A stretch of DNA of 64,000 bases, from positions 1,178,345 to 1,242,344 of the forward strand of contig CAVTKS010000006.1 in NCBI GenBank assembly GCA_963735375.1, written 5' to 3'. Each line of letters starts with the position of its first letter. Position 1 is the first letter of the stretch. The stretch comes from an uncultured Acidimicrobiales bacterium (GTDB taxonomy: Bacteria; Actinomycetota; Acidimicrobiia; Acidimicrobiales; VFJN01). The notes beneath the pieces are model-generated. The model saw only the letters and a list, made by a program, of their open reading frames with translations. It searched no databases and was not told the origin of the DNA. Position numbers and translations under genes: made by a program. Positions 48,665 to 56,248 of the stretch are shown here, piece by piece.

Positions 48665-48754
48665 TCGGTCTCCAGCGGGAACGACGGTGTCAAAGAGCGG
48701 GGAAGTCGTTCGTGTGTTTTCAATGTCTCTCACAGCGGCGGTAGGGTGTCAAGC

Positions 48755-49564
48755 GTGAGCGACGAGATCAGCGACCCGGTGTCGGACGCACACGTGTCGG
48801 ACGCACACGTGGAGGACGCGCAGATCGCCGAGGTGCGCGGCTGGGTCGACGAGTCGCAGCGGGTCGTCGTGCTCACCGGCGCCGGCATCAGCACCGACAG
48901 CGGCATCCCCGACTTCCGGGGACCGAAGGGCGTGTGGACCCGCAACCCCGAGGCCGAGAAGCGGGCCACGTTGCAGAACTACATGGCCGATCCCTCCATC
49001 CGGCGCAAGGCGTGGCTCGACCGCCTCGACCATCCCGCCTGGGCGGCCGAGCCCAACGTCGGGCACCGGGCTCTCGTGACCCTCGAGCGGCGGGGCAAGC
49101 TCGACACGCTGATCACCCAGAACATCGACGGGCTCCACCAGGCGGCCGGGTCCGACCCCGAGCGGGTCGTCGAGGTGCACGGCACGATGCGCGAGGTCGT
49201 GTGCATGTCGTGCGACGAGCGGGCGCCCATGCAGCGGGCGCTCGACCGCGTGCGGGCGGGAGAGACCGATCCGCCCTGCCGCAGCTGTGGCGGCATCCTC
49301 AAATCGGCCACCATCAGCTTCGGGCAGAACCTCGTGCCGGGCGACATCGAGCGCGCCGGCGCCGCGGCCCGCCGGGCCGACCTGCTCCTCGCCGTCGGGT
49401 CGACGCTCGCCGTGTACCCGGTGGCCGACGTCGTGCCCGTCGCCCGGCTCTCGGGGGCGCGGATCGTCATCGTCAACGGCAGCGAGACGGCGATGGACCA
49501 CCTCGCGGACGCCGTGCTGCGTGGTCCGATCGGCCAGCTGCTCCCTCGCATCGTGGGCGCCTGA
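48755..49564 (+). CDS. cobB: Sir2-family NAD-dependent protein deacylase
   Basis: VVLTGAGISTDSGIPDFRGPKGVW, TQNIDGLH, catalytic VEVHGTM, Zn ribbon CMSC...CRSCGG. Start is GTG 48755 (or 48746). The N-terminus carries a VSDAH-VSDAH tandem repeat. Confidence 0.9.
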   Translation: MSDEISDPVSDAHVSDAHVEDAQIAEVRGWVDESQRVVVLTGAGISTDSGIPDFRGPKGVWTRNPEAEKRATLQNYMADPSIRRKAWLDRLDHPAWAAEPNVGHRALVTLERRGKLDTLITQNIDGLHQAAGSDPERVVEVHGTMREVVCMSCDERAPMQRALDRVRAGETDPPCRSCGGILKSATISFGQNLVPGDIERAGAAARRADLLLAVGSTLAVYPVADVVPVARLSGARIVIVNGSETAMDHLADAVLRGPIGQLLPRIVGA

Positions 49565-49594
49565 CCGGCTCCTGATTACCGCCCGGTCACAACG

Positions 49595-49624
49595 GTCGCC
49601 CCTGGTCGGGGCGACTATTTGTGT
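49595..49624 (+). terminator. Candidate intrinsic terminator after the sirtuin gene
   Basis: GTCGCCCC-tggtc-GGGGCGAC, an 8-bp GC stem with a 5-nt loop, followed by TATTTGTGT. Confidence 0.55.
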
Positions 49625-49658
49625 CTCTGGTCACGCAATGTGAGTACCCTCTCGGGCG

Positions 49659-50990
49659 ATGGCTGCGCTGCTGGAGGCTGCGAGGCGCCGCAATCCGTTA
49701 CCCACCGGCACTGCCGCGGTCGGGGCCGGATTGATCGTCGCCGGGATCTCGGCATACGGCTTCCTTTTCGTTGCCAACAAGGCGCTCAGCAACACCGAGT
49801 ACTCGCCGCTGGGGGCCCTGTGGAGCCTGGTGTTCCTGGCCGGCCCCGGCTTGTTCCTGCCGCTGGAGCAGGAGATCAGCCGGGCGCTCGCCGCGCGGCG
49901 GGCGCGCAACCAGGGCGGCCTGCCCGTGGTGCGCCGCGCCGCGACCATCGGGGTCGGGCTCGGGCTCGGCGTGCTGGTGCTGCTCATCGCGTCGGCGCGC
50001 TGGACGACCGAGCACCTCTTCGACGAGCAGGTCCTGCTGCTCGTGGGCCTGACGCTCGGCCTCGCCGGCGCGCTGGCCGGCCACCTGACCCGCGGCTGCC
50101 TCTCCGGCACAGGCCAGTTCAAGGGCTACGGCGCATACCTCGGCGCCGATGGCTTCATCCGGGTGCTGGGAGCCGTGGTGTGCATGGTGGTCGGCGTCAA
50201 CACGGCTGGGCCGTTCGGTGTGGCCCTCGGCCTCGCCGGGCTGCTCGCCGTGCCCGTGGCGCTGACGGTGCAACGCCCCGTGCTCGACGAGGGGCCAGAG
50301 GCCGCGTTCCGTGAGGTGAGCAGCGCGCTCGGCTACCTGCTCATCGCCTCGGTGTTCGCTTTCGCTCTCATGAACATCGGCCCGGTCCTCGTCAAGTTGA
50401 TGGCCGACGACTCCCAGGCCGAAGCCGCCGGTCGCTTCGTCAACGGCGTGGTCATCGCCCGCATCCCGCTGTTCCTGTTCCAGGCGGTGCAGGCGTCGCT
50501 CCTGCCGAAGCTGTCGGCGCTGGCCAACTCGGGCCACCTCGGCGACTTCCGTACGGGCCTGCGGCGGCTGCTGGTCGCCGTCGCCGGGCTGGCCGCGCTC
50601 GGCACGGTCGTCGGCCTGGTCCTCGGCCCCTTCGTCGTCGAGACGATGTTCCCCGGGTCCGACCTGAGTGCGCGCACCATGGGCCTCCTCGCGGCCGGCG
50701 CAGGGCTGTACATGCTCGCCATGGCGTGCGCCCAGGCGGTCATCGCGCTCGGCGGTCATCGTGACCAGGCGCTCGGGTGGGGTCTGGGCTTCTGCGCCCT
50801 GATGCTGACCGTGTGGCTGGGCGCCGACGACGTGTTCCTGCGGGTCGAGGTCGGGCTGCTGGTCGGCAGCGCGGTGTCGTTCGTCGCGATGGCCGTGATG
50901 CTCGCACGGCGGCTGGCCGTGTCGGGCCCGCTGCAGGTCGACTCCGGCGACCTCATCGAGGCGATGCACGAGATCGCGGTCGAGCCCTGA
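49659..50990 (+). CDS. Polytopic membrane protein, MOP/Wzx-flippase-like (polysaccharide biosynthesis family)
   Basis: 443 aa with about 12 hydrophobic spans. Its N-terminus (GAGLIVAGISAYGFLFVANKALSNTEYSPLGALWSLVF) resembles the polysaccharide-biosynthesis/flippase family. Assignment is moderate. Confidence 0.5.
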   Translation: MAALLEAARRRNPLPTGTAAVGAGLIVAGISAYGFLFVANKALSNTEYSPLGALWSLVFLAGPGLFLPLEQEISRALAARRARNQGGLPVVRRAATIGVGLGLGVLVLLIASARWTTEHLFDEQVLLLVGLTLGLAGALAGHLTRGCLSGTGQFKGYGAYLGADGFIRVLGAVVCMVVGVNTAGPFGVALGLAGLLAVPVALTVQRPVLDEGPEAAFREVSSALGYLLIASVFAFALMNIGPVLVKLMADDSQAEAAGRFVNGVVIARIPLFLFQAVQASLLPKLSALANSGHLGDFRTGLRRLLVAVAGLAALGTVVGLVLGPFVVETMFPGSDLSARTMGLLAAGAGLYMLAMACAQAVIALGGHRDQALGWGLGFCALMLTVWLGADDVFLRVEVGLLVGSAVSFVAMAVMLARRLAVSGPLQVDSGDLIEAMHEIAVEP

Positions 50991-51055
50991 GACGGCGCGA
51001 ACCTCTGCACTCCTGAGCGCCGCTGCATGACTACAGGGCTCTCACGTGTGGGTCG

Positions 51056-51538
51056 TCAGCCCCGCCGCCGACTGGCGGTGGAGTGGCCGGTGCCCGGAGG
51101 CACGACCCACCTGACCACTTGACCCGTGATCTCCGCTATGTGGTCGAAGTCGCGGTCGTAGTGGACGATCGCCGCCTCGTGCTCCTCCGCGATCGCCGCG
51201 ATCAGGAGGTCGCGGATCCCGCACGACCGGTGCTTCGCCCGGTTTGCCAGCGCGACCATCACCTCGAGAGCGCGCGCTTCGGACTGTGCCGACGCCCCGA
51301 GGACCGTCAGCTCCGCGAGCTGGGCTCGCGCCGCCTCGACGTTGCGGGCGGGGACCGGGGTGCCGAACATGACCTCGCCGGCGACGATGGCGCAGGTGGC
51401 AAGCCGGGAGTCCGAGGCCAACTCGCCGAGGGCTTCCTCGGCCGCGGGGTTGCCCTTCTGGGCGAGCTCCCACACGCTGGTGTCGACAAGTACGAGCCCG
51501 TCATCTGATGAGCTCGGCTCGTCGGTGGGGGCGACCAC
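51056..51538 (-). CDS. vapC: PIN-domain toxin VapC (second copy)
   Basis: LVLVDTSVWELAQKG...CAIVAGEVMFG...IRDLLIAAIAEEHEAAIVHYDRDFDHI. Paralogous to 6198-6614. Start GTG 51538 overlaps the antitoxin TAG by 1 nt. ATG 51580 is an alternative. Confidence 0.8.
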   Translation of the reverse strand: MVAPTDEPSSSDDGLVLVDTSVWELAQKGNPAAEEALGELASDSRLATCAIVAGEVMFGTPVPARNVEAARAQLAELTVLGASAQSEARALEVMVALANRAKHRSCGIRDLLIAAIAEEHEAAIVHYDRDFDHIAEITGQVVRWVVPPGTGHSTASRRRG

Positions 51539-51774
51539 TATGTGGCCCGACGTGCGCGTTGGCGCGGCGTGGTCTGCCATGCCTTGTCCATGACGCCTCG
51601 GTCCCCCAGGTCGGTGGCCAAGGCCAGGATCGCTCGTACCGCCGATCCCTGGGCGGGCGAGCGCGCCACCTGACGTAGGGCCTCGTTCACCGTGTCACGC
51701 TTGGTCTTGGTGCCGAGGCGCTCGGCCGCTGCGTCGAGTGCCTGCTCATCGAGGTCGATCATGGTGCGAGCCAT
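51538..51774 (-). CDS. vapB: VapB-like antitoxin (second copy)
   Basis: MARTMIDLDEQALDAAAERLGTKTKRDTVNEALRQV...TDLGDRGVMDKAW. GGAGGAAGG SD before ATG 51774. Same family as 5965-6189. Confidence 0.75.
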   Translation of the reverse strand: MARTMIDLDEQALDAAAERLGTKTKRDTVNEALRQVARSPAQGSAVRAILALATDLGDRGVMDKAWQTTPRQRARRAT

Positions 51775-51975
51775 GGTGCCTTCCTCCGTCCTGAGGTGCG
51801 GATGGAGCACCTGAGACACATCGTATGCCTACAGTCCTGCGCTGTGCACCATTGTGTTCGCAGCCTGGAGCACCCTCGGGAACACGTGGCCTGGTCTGAT
51901 TGTTGATCGGGTCGCTAGGCTTTTCAGTCGCACGAACACTGCGCGCACCGCAGGACCAGCCAGAGAGGGTGCCCG

Positions 51976-53157
51976 ATGCCGAGCTTCCGTGAGCTGCTCG
52001 CCGCCACGAAGTCCGAGATCCGCGAGGTCGACACGGCCACGGCCGACGAGCTGCGGCGCCGGCCCGGCGCCGTCGTCCTCGACGTGCGCGAGCCCGACGA
52101 GTACGAGCAGGGCGCCATCCCCGGTGCGGTGCACATCCCCCGGGGCACGCTCGAGGGCTCGGTCGAGAGCCGGCTCACCGACCACGACGCGCCCGTCATC
52201 ATCCACTGCGCCAGCGGCGTCCGCTCGGCCTTCGCCGCCAAGACGCTCACCGACCTGGGCTACACCGACGTCGTCTCGGTTGTCGGCGGCTTCAACAAGT
52301 GGAAGGACGAGGGCCGCGACTGGGCCACGCCCCGCAGCCTCACGGCCGAGCAGCGCAACCGCTACCAGCGCCACCTGCTCCTGCCCGAGGTCGACGTCGA
52401 GGGCCAGCTCAAGCTGCTCGACGCACGCGTCCTGCTGCTGGGCGCCGGCGGCCTCGGCTCGCCCGCGGCGCTGTATCTGGCCGCCGCCGGCGTGGGCACC
52501 ATCGGCATCGTCGACATGGACGTCGTCGACGACTCGAACCTGCAACGGCAGATCCTGCACAACGTCGACCGCATCGGCGACCGCAAGGTCGACTCTGCCA
52601 AGAAGACGCTGACGGCGCTCAACCCCGACGTCAACGTGGTCACCCACGACGTGCGCCTGGGGGCCGACAACGTGGTCGACATCCTGTCGGGCTACGACAT
52701 GGTGGTCGACGGCGCCGACAACTTCCCGGTGCGCTATCTGCTCAACGACGCCGCGCTCAAGGTCGGGATCCCCGTGGTGCACGGGTCGATCTTCCGGTTC
52801 GAGGGCCAGGTCACGGTCTTCAAGCCCCACGATGGGCCCTGCTACCGCTGCTTCCTGCCCGAGCCGCCGCCGCCCGAGCTGGCGCCCTCGTGTGCCGAGG
52901 CCGGCGTGCTGGGCGTGCTGCCCGGCATCGTGGGGTCGATCCAGGCGGTCGAGGCGATCAAGCTGATCCTGGGCATCGGCGACAGCCTGTCGGGCCGCCT
53001 GCTGGCCTACGACTCGCTCGAGCAGTCGTTCCGCACCTACAAGATGCTGCGCGACCCGCAGTGCCCGGCGTGCTCCATCGATCCCGACCAGATCGTCATC
53101 GCCGAGTACGACGAGCTCTGCGCCCCCCACCCGATCGCCCCGCCGGCCGCCGGCTGA
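51976..53157 (+). CDS. Rhodanese-ThiF/MoeB adenylyltransferase-sulfurtransferase (MoeZ-like, with the rhodanese domain N-terminal)
   Basis: N-terminal rhodanese with active-site loop HCASGVRS. This is followed by the ThiF nucleotide fold LLLGAGGLGSPAALYLAAAGVGTIGIVDMDVVDDSNLQRQILH and Zn cysteines CYRC...CPAC. Confidence 0.85.
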   Translation: MPSFRELLAATKSEIREVDTATADELRRRPGAVVLDVREPDEYEQGAIPGAVHIPRGTLEGSVESRLTDHDAPVIIHCASGVRSAFAAKTLTDLGYTDVVSVVGGFNKWKDEGRDWATPRSLTAEQRNRYQRHLLLPEVDVEGQLKLLDARVLLLGAGGLGSPAALYLAAAGVGTIGIVDMDVVDDSNLQRQILHNVDRIGDRKVDSAKKTLTALNPDVNVVTHDVRLGADNVVDILSGYDMVVDGADNFPVRYLLNDAALKVGIPVVHGSIFRFEGQVTVFKPHDGPCYRCFLPEPPPPELAPSCAEAGVLGVLPGIVGSIQAVEAIKLILGIGDSLSGRLLAYDSLEQSFRTYKMLRDPQCPACSIDPDQIVIAEYDELCAPHPIAPPAAG

Positions 53158-53257
53158 GCCGTCGGAGCTCGCACGCCGGGCGAGGTGTGATCGTCGCGCC
53201 TACGCTTCGTCCCGCGGAGGGGCCGGACCGGATGGTCACGGGCCGTGGGAGGGCGAG

Positions 53258-55069
53258 ATGGTGGGTGCTCGGAAGGCTGGCTCGGGCGTGCGGCTGCTGG
53301 CCATCGTCGGCGCGCTGGTGGTCGCGATCGGCTGCCTCGCCGTGACCCCCGGGGCCGATGCGACGGCCGGCGCCCGCACGGCCCAGGCCCCGCCGCCGGT
53401 CACGTACGACCCGCCCCCGGTCCCTCCCGCCGTCCCGCCCGGGCTCGACGACGGCTCCGACGCTGTCTCGTCCGATCGGACCACGGCCGCCGCCGCCCCC
53501 CAGCCGGCCACGCGGGCCTTCGGGCGCCAGCCGTACGCCGACACGGTGGCGGCGGCGGCGAGCGTCGCCTCGTCGTACCGGACGAGCGGGTGCGCCATCT
53601 CCGACGCGACGCTCGCTGGCGTGCTGCTGTCGATCACGTTCACCGAGGCCGGTCCGCTCGCCAGCACGTCGTCCGCGCCGTCGCCCATGACCCTCAGCCG
53701 GTGGGACACCCAACCGATCCTGTACGCCTTCGCCAACCCGTCGACGCCCTACCAACGGGCGTTCTGGCACCCGGGCGTGGGTCTCTGGCAGTTCGACCAC
53801 CCGTGGCAGAACACGGCGACCGAACGCATCGACACCCGGACCTCGGCCGCACTCGCCGCCGAGGTCGTCGCCAGTCGTTGGTGCGGCTCGAGCGCCACCA
53901 ACGACCTCGGGCGGTTCGTGTACGCCGTGCGACCGTGGCACGGCTGCGACGAGGGCGCGACCGACGGCGTTCGCTGTCTCGAGATCTACACCCATCACTT
54001 CCGGGCGAACGGGCCGAGCCTCGCCGACGACACGCTCGTGGGGTTCACGCTGCAGGATGGTGTGACCCGCCTGGGGGGTGCGGTCCCGACGTTCTGCCAG
54101 CTCACGGGCGAGACGACCGCGCGCCCGTGCCTGTTCGTCAACCCGGCGGCGGCCCAGGGCAACCGGGCGTGGGCCGCCACGACGGGCATGCCGACGCCGC
54201 TCGCCGCGCCGTTCTACGTGGTGCGCGTCGGCTCGCAGGAGTGGCGCTACTGGCTGCGGGTCGACACGGGCTACGACCGCGACATCGTCGCCAAGGCCAC
54301 GGTGGGCACCAACCCCCGCAGCACGTTGGTGTGGCAGTCCGGCGCCGGCCTGTGCGACGTGGGCACGGGCAAAGGCTCGGCCTGCCCGTGCGGCGGACGG
54401 TGCTTCTACCTGTCGAACGCGTTCGGGGGCGTCGCCGACGTGGTGTTCCGCGATCCGACGCCCGCAGACCAGATCTTCTACGGCGACTGGGACGCCGACG
54501 GCGACGACTCCCTGGGGTTCCGCCGTGGCAACCGGTACACCCTCAAGTTCGCGCTCGGTGCCACCGCCGCCGACCGCACGTTCGCGTTCGGCACGGCGTC
54601 GGATGTCGTGTTGATGGGCGACTGGGATGGCGACGGGGTCGACACGCCCGCCGTGCGGCGTGGCCACCTGTATTACGTGAAGAACTCGTTCAGCGGGGGT
54701 GCGGCCGACGTGACGTTCGCGTACGGGCGGCCGGACGACATCGTGCTGGTCGGCGACTGGAACGGCGACGGCCGCGACTCGCTGGCCGTACGCCGCGGCA
54801 GCACCTACTACCTCAGGAACGCCCTCGGTGGTGGTGCCGCCGACGTGACTGTGACCTACGGCAGAGCCGGCGACGTGGTGCTGGTCGGCGACTGGAACGC
54901 CGACGGCCGCGACTCGCTGGCCGTGCGCCGCGGCAGCACGTACTACCTGAAGAACTCGTTCAGTGGTGGTACGGCCGACGTGACGTTCGCCTACGGGCGC
55001 GCGAACGACATCACGTTCGTCGGGGACTGGAACGGCGATGGCCGTGACACGCTCGGCGTCCGGCGCTGA
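53258..55069 (+). CDS. Secreted protein: unknown N-terminal domain plus C-terminal 45-aa FG-GAP/VCBS-like repeats
   Basis: Signal peptide MVGARKAGSGVRLLAIVGALVVAIGCLAVTPGADA. The N-domain contains ITFTEAGP...FWHPGVGLWQFDHPW. The C-terminus has repeats of the form GDWNGDGRDSLAVRRGSTYYLKNSFSGGAADVTFAYGR. Confidence 0.7.
   Translation: MVGARKAGSGVRLLAIVGALVVAIGCLAVTPGADATAGARTAQAPPPVTYDPPPVPPAVPPGLDDGSDAVSSDRTTAAAAPQPATRAFGRQPYADTVAAAASVASSYRTSGCAISDATLAGVLLSITFTEAGPLASTSSAPSPMTLSRWDTQPILYAFANPSTPYQRAFWHPGVGLWQFDHPWQNTATERIDTRTSAALAAEVVASRWCGSSATNDLGRFVYAVRPWHGCDEGATDGVRCLEIYTHHFRANGPSLADDTLVGFTLQDGVTRLGGAVPTFCQLTGETTARPCLFVNPAAAQGNRAWAATTGMPTPLAAPFYVVRVGSQEWRYWLRVDTGYDRDIVAKATVGTNPRSTLVWQSGAGLCDVGTGKGSACPCGGRCFYLSNAFGGVADVVFRDPTPADQIFYGDWDADGDDSLGFRRGNRYTLKFALGATAADRTFAFGTASDVVLMGDWDGDGVDTPAVRRGHLYYVKNSFSGGAADVTFAYGRPDDIVLVGDWNGDGRDSLAVRRGSTYYLRNALGGGAADVTVTYGRAGDVVLVGDWNADGRDSLAVRRGSTYYLKNSFSGGTADVTFAYGRANDITFVGDWNGDGRDTLGVRR
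54482..55066 (+). repeat. In-gene tandem repeat, period 135 nt (45 aa), 4.3 units
   Basis: Unit starts (GDW codons) fall at 54482, 54617, 54752, 54887 and 55022. Units 3 and 4 are nearly identical at the DNA level. Confidence 0.8.
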
Positions 55070-55194
55070 CGACGACCCTCACCGGCGCAGCCTGATGCCC
55101 ACCTCGGTTAGCGGGACTACTTGTCCGGCTCTAGGCGAAACAGCGCCGTTCGATGGCCTCCAGGAGAACGCCCGCGAATCCGTCGGACAAGACG

Positions 55195-56244
55195 TCACGC
55201 CCCGGGCTGCGACCCGAGAGCTGGCTGATCCGCTGCGGGACCCTCGCGCCTCCAGTCGTGACCGCTCCGCTGGCCGTTGATCACGGTCATCCGGCGGCGC
55301 GTAGCAGCGAACCCAGCCGACCCGAGCACGAGAGCTGTCAGCAGCATCACCCCTCGATCGACAGTTGCCGCTAGCAGGCCGGTGTCGAGGTCGGTACCCA
55401 GGCCGACGGCGGCGGCCGTGACGAACGCTTCCCGGACACCCAAGCCGCCCGGCGTGAACGCGATTGCGCCTGCTATGCCCGCCGCAGGTGCAATCACGAG
55501 GAAGTATGCGTAGCTGTGATCGACGTCGAGCAGGCCAAATGCGATCTGGAACCGCCACGCGACGAGCGCGTACTTGGCGACGTCGATCAGGAGGACCACG
55601 CCGGCCACAGCGTGCTGTCCACGGATCGACTCCCAACCGACGCGAAACTGAGTCCAGGCGCGGCCGGGTGCGCCCTGGAGCCGAGGTAGCTCCGGCAAGG
55701 TCAGAAGGAGCAGGGCGAGCGATCCAATTGCGAGTAGGACGACGGCCGCCACGAGGAACGGTGACACGCTCCCGCCTGTCGCGGTCAGCGCCGCCAGTCC
55801 GACCAGTGCCACCACCGCACTGCTGGCGAACGTGATGGCGAGGTTGGCGCCGTAGTTGCTGCCCGAACGCCCGTAGTCGAAGCCGTGGACGACCTTGAGA
55901 TAGCGAAAACGGTAGAGCGAACCTGCCTGCCCGGGCAGCAGGTTGCCGAACTGGGTCGCGAGGAACAGCGTCCAGGTCTCGCGCAACCCGATCGCCAGGC
56001 CCTGGGCGCGATAGAGAACCCAGAACTCGGCGGAGTTCAGGAAGTGGCCGACGACGACAAGCAGGCCGATGATGGCCAGCACCGATCGGGGACCGTCGAG
56101 CAGACCAGCGAGGTCATCACGACGCCGGTACACAACGAGTGCCACCATCGCCACGAACGCCAGGGTGATGGCCAGGCTCGCGACCCGCTTCACGCCACCA
56201 ATGCCAGCGATCGACGCCGTGTCCTCTGATGCGTCGCGGGGCAT
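55195..56244 (-). CDS. UPF0104 / lysyl-PG-synthase-TM-like (MprF flippase-domain-like) membrane protein
   Basis: 349 aa, polytopic, with the family motif FTPGGLGVREAFVTAA. Its start lies 4 nt after the AsnB-like stop. Confidence 0.75.
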   Translation of the reverse strand: MPRDASEDTASIAGIGGVKRVASLAITLAFVAMVALVVYRRRDDLAGLLDGPRSVLAIIGLLVVVGHFLNSAEFWVLYRAQGLAIGLRETWTLFLATQFGNLLPGQAGSLYRFRYLKVVHGFDYGRSGSNYGANLAITFASSAVVALVGLAALTATGGSVSPFLVAAVVLLAIGSLALLLLTLPELPRLQGAPGRAWTQFRVGWESIRGQHAVAGVVLLIDVAKYALVAWRFQIAFGLLDVDHSYAYFLVIAPAAGIAGAIAFTPGGLGVREAFVTAAAVGLGTDLDTGLLAATVDRGVMLLTALVLGSAGFAATRRRMTVINGQRSGHDWRREGPAADQPALGSQPGA

Positions 56245-56248
56245 GGAG

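Noticed and set aside
44880-48723. 1057-aa (+) and 987-aa (-) ORFs spanning the ABC ATPase, GH84 and hypothetical genes
   Set aside because: These are shadow frames of real genes (ABC ATPase, GH84 and the 48050-48664 protein). Their composition is Arg/Pro/Gly-rich junk.
48755-49564. Sir2-domain protein as an anti-phage defence effector (Thoeris/DSR/SIR2-HerA type)
   Set aside because: It has the full housekeeping sirtuin signature, including a Zn ribbon, and a normal size of about 270 aa. It has no SLOG, TIR, HerA, pAgo or large sensor partner, and the neighbour is a small divergent hypothetical protein.
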